Origin: Lytechinus pictus
Taxonomy: Eukaryota
Assembly (NCBI RefSeq): GCF_037042905.1
Contig: NC_087245.1
Location: 21,578,001 to 21,642,000 of the forward strand
DNA length: 64,000 bases
Direction of reading: 5' to 3'
Both the position numbers and the translations under genes were made by a program. Below are positions 1-12,108 of this stretch, piece after piece. The notes below the pieces were generated by a model, which was not told the origin of the DNA, did no database searches, and saw only the letters and a list, made by a program, of their open reading frames with translations. Numbering within the stretch: the first letter of the stretch is position 1; the number at the start of each line of letters is the position of its first letter.

Positions 1-3000
1 ATAAATTTCATCACAGAATTGAAAAGCACACCACCGTTTGTTTGCCTGTTTGTAAGCAATATATATTTCTTCCACCCTTAAATCTTTCTCATTTTGAAAT
101 ACTAGATTTCAATACTTCATTTGTATGTCAAGCAATAAAACATTCTTTTAGTTATCAAATACTATATATCAACAAATGACCAATATCAATGATATCAGAC
201 ACGTTTCTTGCATAACAAAGTATCATTCATGAAATACATACACATGTTCATTTAGATGTGGTTTGTATTTGTGTTATTTCAAGGAGAAATTCTCCCTGGT
301 ATCAAGTTAAGAAAAAAAAAAAACCATTAATGAAGGTTTGATGAAAAGCCATCAATATCAAAGGATAGCAGAGTTATTAATTAGTCAAAAAACTATGTTA
401 CCTCACTTGCCTACTGTTTCCCCATATGCTGTATTACAAATTCCATAAATTCCCCCTTTTCCCCCCGTTTCGTGACTGAGCAAATTTTATTCTTTTTAGA
501 GAGAAAGGTGTTTGACATACTGTCATATTTAGTACAGAGGTAAACCTTATATTTGAAATTTCTATAGTACAAGTAACATTAATAATCATAAATAATTCAT
601 AACACTGTTAATCTTTGATGGGTTAGAAATATACATTATGTGTCTAATTTTCTGCTTTAATGAATGTTGTGATTGCCTTCTACTTTGAAGATATCTTTTT
701 TCTTTATAATCGATATTTTACCTATATTCCAAAGGAAAATGATGAGATGTTAAGATTGCATAGCAATCATGTGTTAAATTGGGATGATATTGTATGTATT
801 CTATTTAATTTTCAACTGCTTTGTAGTTTTTAAAATGTTTATTTATTTTGGTGACTTTGTATGAGAGGAGACAGGGGAATCGTTTTCTGTAAAGGGAGAC
901 TTTTAGGTGTCCCGTTTTAGAAATCTTTGATATTCTAGAATAATAAATTTGAGCTGATTTAAACATGAAGTTAGAAGTTCATTTCTCAAAAATGGTTTTA
1001 TAAGCAATTTCTTCCAGAAAACGCATGAGGAGCTTTTCTGAAAGGTCTTGATCCTTTATTTGCCTTCATTTTGCAACAAAGAAGGGTATTGTAGTAATAA
1101 AACTACTACAATTCTTCAAAATGTACTTCAAGTTTTGTAGTTATTCAAGAAATGCCTTTTAATTTGTTTCATGGCTTTGTTGCCAATACTGTGCTTTATT
1201 CAAAATCAGAGAAAGTCAAATTATTGTACATAAATTATTTTATGTATTGTAAATAATACATTTTTTAACCAGATTCTATTATACTCCATGAAGTTGGGTA
1301 TGAAATAAGTATTCATGTTATTCCAGTCATATCGGATCTTTCATTGATAGTTGTGGCGAAAGCAGTGTTGTAAATAATTTTTGTTTCAGGTGTATATTGC
1401 ATGTATGTACAAAAATGTGTTATTCAACCGTCCAATAATAAATGTTTGCTACTTGTAAAGAAATGTGAACAAATTTTTTTTTCCCATTCATTCTTGTCAA
1501 CCATTTTGAGACAGTGTGAGAGGAGTTTCAGGAATTCATGAAAATTGTTACTTTCTGGTGAATATAGTAAGCAGTCAGCTTATGAAAATTGACTAAAAAA
1601 TGCTATTCATTTTTTGAGTTTCTTCACAATTAATGACTGTAAATATGATGGGGTTCATGGGGAATCCTTATCTGGCCATTTGAGGGGCATTTGGATATAT
1701 TTCAATGCAAATTATGCGTATGTAGGAAAATGTAGGGGGTAAATACCCGAACAGACAATCATTTGTTTTATATTAACAGCATGAGACAAAAATAGAAGAA
1801 TGATTTAACACCCAAAATACTTGGACTGATTGATTTATTCTAGCACCTTATGGTAGGATATTGCAGCACAATAAAAACTGAGGCATTGTTTGCACATTCT
1901 ACTCTTGAATATTAATAACAATGTGTATGTAATCTACTTCACACAGTGATTAAACATAATAAAATTCCAGCAAGCCTTTTGAACTGAAATACAGGTAAAA
2001 CTAGTATGAAAAAGTAGTAATTTCCGGTAAAAGGAAAGTAAAACATTTTCATTTTTCTTACAAAAAATTAAAGGGGAAAATTACAGAGTATATGAATGCT
2101 ACCAACATTTAAGAAATAATTTGATATTTAGAAAATCTAATTTTGATATTTCAGAGAAAGTAAAGTCCTTAAAATCTAAGAAATCATACAAATGAGCTTT
2201 AAAACAAATCCTAATGACACTTGCTGCTAGCTCCATGTCCATCTACACAGAGGAAAATGGTTATTCCAGTGGCAAAATGATAACTTCTATACAATTTAAA
2301 GAAAAAACATTTCATATTTTTGATAAAATTTCAGTGACAATATTACGGTCTTTTTTTGGTACTTATTTGCAGATTACAAACTGAAATCCTATCCATATAA
2401 CAATTCGATTCATCAGGCCAAATTACAATGGAGTTGTTAGATCATCAGGATCATGATTAAATGCCAGGAATGAACCAAGTACTCATTCTTTTTTTTCAGA
2501 GCAACTGTCTTATAACATTAATGAATAAGAAATGCATTATTTTTAAATGTTGGGCAAGTTAGCAATAATTTTTCAATATTTTTTTTTTTCACAAAATCTA
2601 TGATTCATGATTATTATGGGTACTTAAACACCCCTCATGAATCTATGATTAAACAAAGGTACAAATTGGATCATATTAGTGTGCCAAAAATAACATTTCA
2701 ATTCAATAAACACAACTAATTCCACATTCAAGCCCTGTAACATACTACTGCCTAATGACTGTATGCATCCTAAATGTCTAATATCAGATGAATCAATTGC
2801 AAATATTGGTTTCGAACATTTAGATCACATTTACTATGTTTCCACTGCCCATGTAATCACTGATAAAAATACAGCATATCAAATGTGGAAGTATAACAAA
2901 TGTAAGGAAATGTAAGTAAAAATCATTTGAACATTAGCACTTTAATATTAATTTAGAAGTAGACCCTGTTAAACTGATGCATAAACTACATATAAATGTA

Positions 3001-3237
3001 ATAACAATCAATTGCATAATACTAATTTCATTTCTTCATGTTGCATTGATACCACAATTGTTTCTGAATGACAAATTTCAGATTCAATCTATTGCTAATC
3101 TGTAATTCAATACAAACTTGATATTGTTTTTTTTATTGAGGTAGACATCTGACAAATACTAGAATGATTTTTGTTATCTGTCTTAAATCAGAATATTGCT
3201 TTCATATTGCTTGGCACATCTGTGTAGTCCTGCTTAA

Positions 3238-3840
3238 AGGTCAAGTCCACCTCAGAAAAATGTTGATTTGAATGAATAGAGAAAAATCCGACAAGCATAA
3301 TGCTGAAAATTTCATCAAAATCGGATGTAAAATAAGAAAGTTATGACATTTCAAAGTTTCGCTTATTTTTAACAAAATAGTTATATGAACGAGCCAGTTA
3401 CATCCAGATGAGAGAGTCGATGATGTCACTCACTCACTATTTCTTTTGTTTTTTATTGTTTGAATTATACAATATTTCAATTTTTACGAATTTGATGATT
3501 AGGACCTCCTTGCCTGAAGAACAAAATGTTAAAATAATGGAATTCCACGTGTTCAGGGAGAAATGAAACTTCATTTCACATGGCAATGACGAGAAAATCA
3601 AAATATTTCATATTTCATATAATAAAATACAAAAGAAATAGTGAGTGAGTGACATCATCGACTCTCTCATCTGGATGTAACTGGCTCGTTCATATAACTA
3701 TTTTGTCAAAAATAAGCGAAACTTTAAAATTTCATAACTTTCTTATTTTACATCCGATTTTGATGAAATTTCCAGTGTTATGCTTGTTGATTTTTTCTCT
3801 TTTTATTCAAATCAAGTTTTTGTTGGGGTGGACTTGTCCT
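3238..3840. mobile_element. Non-autonomous DNA transposon (Kolobok-like MITE), TTAA TSD
   Basis: TTAA at 3234-3237 and 3841-3844. Termini AGGTCAAGTCCACC / GGTGGACTTGTCCT. The ~210-bp TIRs produce the mirror-image ORFs 3241-3429(-) and 3649-3885(+). Confidence 0.85.
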
Positions 3841-6194
3841 TTAAATAAAGAAATACAATTTGTATTTATGGCCAACTCTATATAAGTTTAATACGTTTTG
3901 TCTGCACTGGCCAAATTTTTTTTTCAGGAGGAACAAGATCTTTTGCATCTCAGCTATGGCATGTTTCCTGTACATAGAAAAGATATCTATAGGTTGTACA
4001 GGGTCATCTCTAAGCAGCACCATGTATGACCTTAATCACTATTCGCTGTAAATATATTTAATGCAAATTCAGGCATATATTATCCTATCAACTTCATTCA
4101 AAACATAATACATGTGTAAAGTTACATTCATACAGTCTCACATTGCACAAGTGTTTAAGAAAGTACAAAAAACATCACTGGGATCTGCTTCATGAACTGA
4201 ACATCAAAAGGATTTGATTTACCCTCTGACCCTCAATAAATTGTTTCAAGAGCTGTAAATTGCTGTCTAAAAACTAATTACAATAATTTTCCAAACGATA
4301 TTTCTAATCGATTTCAAAATCAATGATTGTCATCACAATATGATCAAACAACATCATACCTGATCAAACTTCAACTCTTGGTCATCTTGGAAAATAATGG
4401 TCTATTTCAACCCTGCCAATACAAATTTGGTCACTCACACACAATTTTACAATAGCACAGAATCTTATACAGTTTAATCAACACATCAGTGCAAAAAAAT
4501 GTTAACTTAGTTGTTTTTTGAGTGGAAAATTACTTCAGTATAATAAAAAAAAATCCTTTCCAGCATTTGATGATTAGAAACTTCACAAAGTCGATGTTTC
4601 TTGCATGAAAATGTTAAATGACATAACCTATCATTAATGTGGTTTCTATTTGAGTGTATTCTAAGCAACCAAGGAAACAATTTCAAGCACCAGCAATCAC
4701 AGTTATTTCTTATGCAATTCATCTACAAAGCTCTTTCAATATGGAGACACTTGCTTTGCTAACCTGCCGATTATTTGTTTTGTTAAGCTCATAAATTAAT
4801 TATTTTAATATCAATTTCAGTGCAGCCTTGATTAATTTTGGACGGTATGTGTGCAATGATAAAAAGATTGCACATTCAGCTCTCATTCCTTGGTATACGA
4901 CAAGCTTATCAGGCATTGTATAAAAGGTACTATTAATGATGCTTAAAATATCAGCGCACAGAAATTTTTGAAAAGATGGTCAGTAATGACATAATTCATT
5001 ATCTAGAAGGCAAACATGTTTTTTTTCCATTTGTAGAAAACAAGAAAGAGACCTTTCAAAGTTATGCATTGATCTCCAGATGTAAGTGATCTAGATGACA
5101 CATTACAACATTGTCTGCTTTAAGAAAAGATTGTTATAAAGTGCTATTGAACAGCCATACATGTAAAAAAGGTCAACTATTAATGTCTCATATAAATAAT
5201 CATACTTCACTGATCATATCAAATTGGTCCACAAGCTACAATATTCTGTATCTTCAATACAATACAACATTAAAGTGATAAAATTGCACAAGAATCTTTA
5301 CCTATAAACTGTCCAATATAGAGGGACATTTTCACTGCTTGACCAATGGCTCATGATGAGATATGGGCTCAAGAGAGAAATGACCTTTCTTCCTGGCTTC
5401 CTTTATGCTGCAGTCACATTTTTCCTATGGTGCCTGCACGTCAAGTCGAAAATAGCCATTTTGTGTATTTCTGTATGAACTACCTACATGCAGCTGGTAC
5501 AAAAATCACAAATTTAATGTCAATTTGAACAATGCCAAGGTCATCTAATGAATTGCGTACTCCGAATCATGATACTTTTTTCACGGAATGCTCCTAAAAC
5601 TTGAGGCATGTATATTCTACAACAGCAGTTGTTCCTGTCACAATCTCATCAGATAATACCGAGACAGATTCCATATCCATGTGATCGCACAGGTGTATTA
5701 GAGATTAACCATGACTTAACATAATATAGAAGAGCTCATGATTAACTGGTTCTTTAAATATAATCTAGTTTGGTCCATATTCTAAACTGTAGTTTACCCA
5801 ATTTATGTATGTGATTTAATTACCGGTCGCCCCAAATGCCAAAGGTTGTTTAAATGCTGTTATTTTCAATGTTTCCCAGATATCAGGGTATCATTTCATG
5901 AAAGCTTTAAGCACTGACAACTGACAAAGTTATTGTTGTGCTTGAAATATTATATTCCTCACTTTGTTTAATGTATAAGTGTGGTTTTGTTTCTTTCACT
6001 CTCTTCCAAACGTGACAGATAATTACTCCAGCGTTGTCAGATGAACTTATTCATTGTCACCTAAATTATTTTATGTAACTCCTGCCGACTATTAAAACGG
6101 TCTAAAAAAAGTTAGCTATCTTGAAATCTCTAACCAAAGTGTTACATAAAAAGTTAGCTATCTTGAAATCTCTAACCAAAGTGTTACATAAAAT

Positions 6195-6212
6195 TGGCGT
6201 AGTCAGCAGGAT
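6195..6212 (+). promoter_or_regulatory. Primer-binding site complementary to the 3' end of tRNA-Ser
   Basis: TGGCGTAGTCAGCAGGAT matches 17/18 the reverse complement of the eukaryotic tRNA-Ser 3' end (..ATCCTGCCGACTACG-CCA) and lies 6 nt after the LTR-like end GTGTTACA. Confidence 0.8.
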
Positions 6213-6525
6213 ATCAGATAAGCAGGTATCAGGAAAATCAGGAGCAGCCAGGTGTACAGGCTGAACCAGCCTTGAGCAGCGATGGAAGACAACCAAACTA
6301 TAGCATCCTGGTTACTCATCAAATTCGGAATGTTCCAGTATTCATTGGGCGTGAGAGCAAATCTTTGAGGACTAGATACAGGACATCCAATACATGTTAG
6401 TAGCATCACCGCAGCCAGTCAATATGGAATTCTCGACCATAGTGTGAAACCTTGGTGGGGAAGCTAGAAGACTGGTCCTTAATATCCCTCCTCACGAGCA
6501 AACTCCAACGAGAGCGTTTGAGGTA

Positions 6526-6846
6526 TTGAGAGGGGAATATTCGGACTATTTTTACAGTGGTGACCCACGGCAGCATGAGAAGGTGGGATCCTATGCTGTT
6601 GCCCTGGAGGGCAATTTGAGCACGACTGAGGAAAGGACATATCTTAGGGTAATGGTAGAGGACAGGGACGTGAAGCTGACCCATCAATTCATGAGAGGGT
6701 TGGTCGATGATGAAGTCCGCTCCCGCCTAACCCCTTTGAGGCCAAGAGAAATTACATTCCGTGCGCTCACGGAGGAACTTAGGATAATGGCCCGGGAAAG
6801 ATCTTGCAGGCGGGGCCATAGCCGGAGACCAGTCCAGTACCACTAA
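6526..6846 (+). pseudogene. Gypsy gag (PNMA-like capsid) fragment
   Basis: RQHEKVGSYAVALE...RDVKLTHQFMRGLVDDEVRSRL...PREITFRALTEELR fits the gypsy gag major-homology and C-terminal pattern; it lies downstream of the PBS. Confidence 0.65.
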
Positions 6847-7160
6847 ATGAGCGCTGGAAATGACCCAGCAATGAATGAGGTACTGTGCCTCCTTCACGGT
6901 ATTTAAGGGGACCAGCGGGACCACAACAAACAAATGGTGGAGCTGGAAGAGGATGGATGCTCTGGAAGCTACTACGAGCAGGGATTCCGCAAAGATTCAA
7001 CGTCCAAGCCGAAAAAAGATTTACTGACAGTTGGTCTAATATCACTTGGTCTAATCATTAGATGGGCTAACAACATTTGGGCTAAACCCACTTAGTCCAA
7101 TTCTCTTTTGGTCTAATAGCCAATTGGTCTAATGCCTAGTTGGGCCACTTTGTCTAATTT

Positions 7161-9160
7161 GAATATACAGCCTGCTCAAGGAAACAGGATGGCATTTACT
7201 GCCTCTCGTGGGTGTTGTTTTCCTCTCCTGCTCATTGCGGAAAGCGGGCATCTGCTCTCATCAACTCCCCATTCAGGTCATGGAAAGATGCCGAAGGAGA
7301 CCTTTCAAAACATGGAACTTTATATTATCATTAACATTCTTGGGCCAAGTTACAGGAATTTTCTCGTACCATGAAGAGGCCATCGAGTCGAATTGATTCA
7401 ACTTTAACAAGGGCTGTTGCACAGCAAGTTGAGAAGAATAGAAAGGTATTAACCTCTATAATAAAGTGCATTGATGTGTGTGGCAGACAAGGGATAGCAA
7501 TGCGGGGCCACAAAGATGACGGCTTGGACGTTGCTTCTGACAATACTAACCTTGGCAATCTTAAGGCCCTACTTGAATTAAAAGTAGATGCAGGTGATGC
7601 TGTTTTACGCGAACATCTAGAAAATTGCCAAAGAAATGCAATGTACATATCCAAGACTTCTGAAAATGAACTTCTTGATTGCATTAAGAAAACGGTACAG
7701 GACATCATTGTCAAAGAGATCCAGCATCAGACGGAAGGTGCCGTATATGGTATAAGTGCAGATGAAGTGACCGATGCTAGCAATTGTGGAGAAGTTCTTA
7801 CAGTTCCTTCCTTGTGAAGTAATTACTGGAAGTTCAATTTGTGGAGAACTTGTCACGACATTGAACAAAGTCGGCCTTAACCCGTCTGTAGGTCGCAGAC
7901 GTATGACGGAGCCAGTAACCTGGCAGGTTGCCATAAGGGTCTGGCAGCAAGATAAAGAGAAAGCACCCCGTGCAACTTGCTTTCATTGTGCCAGCCATGT
8001 TTTAAACTTAGTAATATTAAAGGCATCTAATGTTGGCGAGGTGAGAGCAATGTATGGAACTCTGCAAACAGTAGGAGTCTTTTTCAAGAGTTCACCTAAA
8101 AGACAAAGATGCCTGGAGAAAACAATCTTGGACGTCAACAGGAAAAGGGAAACAGTTCAACTGCCTAAAATAGGGGGGAAAAAACTAAAGAGTCAGTGTG
8201 AAACCAGATGGGTGGAACGCAAACAAGTATTTGTGCACTTTAGTGACATGTACGAGGCAGTTCTCGGTGCCCTTAAGGCAATTCAAAGAAATCTTGGTTG
8301 AGACTCAGATTCTGTCACCCAAGTGAGTGGGCTAGCTAGGAGTATTTCAAGCTCCACATTCATCACAGCGTTTCATGTCTGCAGGCATTTGTTTGGGTTC
8401 ACAAAAGCACTCAGCACCCAGCTTCAGGGAAGCAGCAAAGATATTCTTGAAGCTTATGATGATGTCAAACTGATTAAGGAAGAATTGAAAGCAATACGAG
8501 CTAATATCAAGGAAGAGTTCGAAACGAACATATTTCCTGAAATGGTGAAAATGAGCAACCTTGCTGGCGAAGAACTGCATATACCTCGAAGATGTATCAG
8601 GCAAACCAGGCAGAGGAACCTTCCTGTTGAGGATTTATCCGATTATTTTCGAATCGGGATATCCCATGAATTCTTAGACGGACTCAATACTGAAATCGAT
8701 GAAAGATTCAATGACCTTACGTCTCAAGCTGTCAAGGCCCTTGCTTTTATTCCAGGAAATCACCACCTGCTTGACTCAGCATGTATGGGCGAATTACATA
8801 AGTTTTATGGACCAGACTTACCCTCACCTGATTCATTCTCTCAGGAACTGCGACTGTGGAAACGCCGTTGGACAGGAAACACCTGTGCCTCACTATCACT
8901 CACTGATGCATATCAGCAATGCAACATTCTTCAATATCCTAAAGTTCACAGAATCTTGCATCTAGTTATGCTAAAACCTGTGACCAGCTGTGGTGTAGAG
9001 AGGGCAAATTCTTTGTTGAGATTTATAAAAACTCCATTCAGAAGCACAATGAGCGGAGGTCGCCCAAATGATCTGATGCTGCTCTTTACCCACAGGGATA
9101 TCAAACTTGACTATGACAAGGTTATTAACCTATTTGCAACTAGGTATCCTCGTAGAATTA
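7161..9160 (+). pseudogene. hAT-superfamily transposase pseudogene (TTF zinc finger / DUF4371 / hAT dimerisation; THAP12/ZMYM-like family)
   Basis: From 7161, in frame with ORF 7371: KQDGIYC..LF...FRSWKD...KH (stop at ~7332). Then CGRQGIAMRGH, NLGNLKALL, YISK..ENELL, ISADEVTDASN (first catalytic D). Frameshifted YDGASNLAG, then FHCASHVLNL and CETRWVER, TGA at 8299-8301, and C-terminal VTSCGVERANSLLRFIKT..RSTM. Confidence 0.9.
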
Positions 9161-9161
9161 T

Positions 9162-9332
9162 ACCATCACTGGAGACCTTCAAATCTAAACTGAAGTCTTA
9201 TCTTTCTAACAGTATTAGTTATTGGCACTTTGACACTCTTCCAAACTTTCTCATTCTTTCTTTCCTTGTGCGCCTCGGAATAGAATATTTCTAGATAGAT
9301 GGCGCTATATAAATGCCTATTATTACTATTAA
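9162..9332 (+). mobile_element. 3' end of an L2/CR1-group LINE
   Basis: Encodes SLETFKSKLKSYLS (typical ORF2 C-terminus), followed by a GCGCC..GGCGCTATATAAATGCC stem and a (TAT)n tail. Confidence 0.65.
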
Positions 9333-9689
9333 TATTGGGAAATCCACTTCATCACTGAGAACATATTGGCCATTCCATGAAAAATGGTGAGTAGTAAAAG
9401 TAAAATCTAAAGATTGGCTCTATTTTGAATGAAATTTTAATTGATTGGTTGACTTTGCTAGGAATCTTGATTAAAGGTAACCAAAACCCGCACATAAGGG
9501 ACTTCGCGCTCGTTATGTAGGCTGTGAGAAAGATTTTTTTTGTAGGCTGTGAGAAAGATTTTTTTTTGTGCCCCCCCTTTTTGAAAATCCTGGATCCGCC
9601 CCTGTGTACAGTTTCAGATTAATGTTAGACTCGTGATGTGAAACTAAATTGTCTTACCGAGGCTCAATCATCTAATTGTCGAACTTGGC

Positions 9690-10646
9690 TTACATCAAAG
9701 GCATAATCTCAATCACCATATGTATGCTGATGACACGCAAATATATTTTTCGTGCTCTCCTACACAAGAGGAAGTTGATGCCTGGATTGCTCGTGTTGAA
9801 GCCTGTTTAAGTGAAATTAGGAACTGGATGATGGAGAATTATTTGAAGCTTAATGATGACAAAACTCAGTTTCTTATGCTGGGTTCTAAGCTGCAACTAG
9901 CCAAGCTGACAATTCCAAATTTGCATATTGGTTCCTTATCTATTACTCCAGTGGATAAAGTTCGAAATCTAGGAGTAATTTTTGACTCAAATATGACAAT
10001 GGAATCGCAAGTATCATCGAGTGTTAAACCTGTGATCTACAGTCTCCGCAATCTCCATATTGTTCGCAAATATCTCCCTAAAAAAGCTGCTGAGCAGCTT
10101 GTTCATACATTTGTTACTTCTCGCATCGATTGTTGTAACTCTTTGTTGTACGGCATTCCCATGTCTCAAGTAAAGAGACTTCAACTTGTTCAGAATGCCG
10201 CTGCACGTCTAGTTACCTATACGCGGAGGTCTTCCCATATCACACCAGTCCTTAAGTCCCTTCATTGGCTTCCTGTTCAACATCGTCTCACCTATAAAAT
10301 TCTTCTGATAGCATATCGTGCGCTGACCTTCTCTTCACCAGAATACATCTCATCTCTTCTTGATTTTCGCAAGCCTGGTTGCTCTGGTCTTCACTCTTCT
10401 AAGACTTCTAATCTTGATCTTTCTATTCCAAAAACCAGACGGTCATGGGGAGATCGGCATTTGCATCAGCTGCTCCCCGTCTATGGAACAATCTTCCAAC
10501 TAGACTAAAAGACTGTAGATCAGTAGAACATTTCAAGGCCAGTTTGAAAACTTATTTAATGGCCAAATTGTAAGTGTACCAGTAGAGAGTTAAGTTTATT
10601 GTAAGCGCCTTGAGCACCCCTAATATTATTATTATTATTATTATTA
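9690..10646 (+). mobile_element. 5'-truncated L2-like LINE (RT C-half), frameshifted
   Basis: ORF 9720-10508: YADDTQIY, NYLKLNDDKT, VRNLGVIFDS, LQLVQNAAARLV, HITPVLKSLHWLPV. Frameshifted continuation AFASAAPRLWNNLP...FKASLKTYL. 3' end GTAAGCGCCTTGAGCA + (ATT)n. Confidence 0.9.
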
Positions 10647-10660
10647 CATCTACGGATGAC

Positions 10661-11035
10661 ATGGAAGTTTTTAAAACTTCCAAGTTTTTAAAACTTCCAA
10701 AGGCAAGTCTTACATAGCCTATCAAGGTTTCTCCTACACGGAGAGGAGAAGGGCAAACGGATTTATTTACTGGCGGTGCAGGAACTGGAGAGTGTGCTCG
10801 GGTACCCTCATAACTATTGAGGGGGCAGGGCACATGGGGTACCGAAATCCACGGGAGAGCGTGAAGCACTCTCACCCCCAGATGTTGATGCTATAACTGT
10901 GGAACGCACACAATCATACATAAATGAAAGATCTGCTAACGAACTGTCCACCGTGCCATCCATTTACAGGGATGAGCATGTAAACCTGTTGTTGAATGAT
11001 CGTGCGGCAGCGGCAGCTGCACTACCCCCTTTCAG
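10661..11035 (+). pseudogene. FLYWCH zinc-finger N-terminus of a MULE-type transposase (frameshifted; not in the ORF track)
   Basis: After removing a 17-bp tandem duplication (10665-10698) and one frameshift in a C-run near 10875: MEVFKTSKGKSYIAYQGFSYTERRRANGFIYWRCRNWRVCSGTLIT...KHSHP-DVDAITVE...RSANELSTVPSIYRDE...AALPPF, ending at AG|GTAGG. Confidence 0.75.
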
Positions 11036-12108
11036 GTAGGCCTACGAAGTGATATGGATATAAGACCAAGTGGAAATTAGACCAATTGGATATTATTAGA
11101 CCAAGTGGAAATTAGACTAAATGGAAATTAGACCAAGTGAAAATTAGACCAAACGGTCATTAGACCATATAACAATTAGACGAAATGAACATTAGACCAA
11201 GTGGAGATTAGCCGAAGTGGAAATTAGATCAAGTGGTGTTAGACTAACTGCAAATTAGACTAAATGGTTTTAGCCCAACTGCTTATTAGCCATATTGGAT
11301 ATTAGACCAAGTGGGAATGAGACAAATTTGATATTAGACCAAGTGAGAATTAGCCCAAATGGAAATTAGACGAATTGGATATTGGACCAAGTGGGAATTA
11401 GACGAAGTGGATATTAGACGAACTGGTTGTAGACGAAATTGGTTTAGATTATGTGAAGATGAACGACCTGATAAGTAGACCGAGTGATATTAGACCATCC
11501 AATAATTCACCAATTACTCCAGCGTTGTCAGATAAACTTCTTGATTGTCACCTGAATTATTTTATGTAACACCTGCCTCTTTTTTTGACCACGACTATTA
11601 AAACGGTCTCAAGAAGTTAGCTATCTTGAAATCTCCAACCAAAGTGTTTCATTATCATTACTGCTTTGGCACTATGCTCCTGAGATGCAAAGAGAGAACC
11701 AAATCACTGTGACCCACAGGTCTCTCCTCCAGATATAACTGATTGGAGTGAAGTTGGATAGTTTGAGGAGGATGAGAATACTTTAAAGTCCAACTTAAAT
11801 GTCAGATTAATACGTTTGGCTGCCCAGATTTCACCCTCATATCAAAACCACGGTTTAACTGGAGTTATGACATCAAAATTAACCAGTCTGTGCACCCCAT
11901 CCCATTACTTGAGGGCGCTCTGGTAAATTTCCGACACACATCAGCACCGAGTACAATAGATAATACATATACATTAGTGCACAGTACAGCTGCAGAACAT
12001 ATTACCAGATACCCGTTTTACGAGCTAAGATGTGAATCATGCACAGATTGTCTGTATGGAGTTGATGATGTCCATATAAAATGGTTGAAGAGACTTAACT
12101 GAAGGATG

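Larger units (their letters stand above)
7018..11511. mobile_element. Foldback-type DNA transposon with inverted minisatellite arms (probably Mutator/MULE-related)
   Basis: Left arm 7031-7160 is an array of TTGGTCTAAT units. Right arm 11060-11500 has ~27 copies of a 16-bp unit ATTAGACCAAGTGGAA in the opposite orientation. The outermost TGGTCTAATATCACT(T/C)GGTCTA is shared in inverted form. A FLYWCH remnant lies inside the right arm. No TSD found. Confidence 0.7.
5934..11651 (+). mobile_element. Degenerate Ty3/gypsy LTR retrotransposon (5' LTR, PBS, gag remnant, partial 3' LTR), internally deleted and invaded by other elements
   Basis: Direct repeat 6021-6146 vs 11512-11651, ending GTGTTACA / GTGTTTCA. 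A PBS follows the left copy, then a gag-like ORF. Candidate 4-bp TSD TTAT (5930-5933 before TGT; 11652-11655). A 42-bp tandem duplication lies at the 5' LTR end (~6107-6190). Confidence 0.7.

Noticed and set aside
3241..3885. Pair of near-identical small ORFs on opposite strands
   Set aside because: Mirror translations of MITE TIRs. The same applies to 31572/35459 and 60942/61295.
7371..9294. Domesticated THAP12/ZNF862-like host gene
   Set aside because: Internal stops (~7332, 8299), frameshifts, a truncated 5' end and its position inside a TE nest indicate a dead transposase.
11060..11500. Regular repeat array resembling a CRISPR array
   Set aside because: 16-bp tandem units without unique spacers, an inverted counterpart at 7031-7160, a eukaryotic context and no cas genes.
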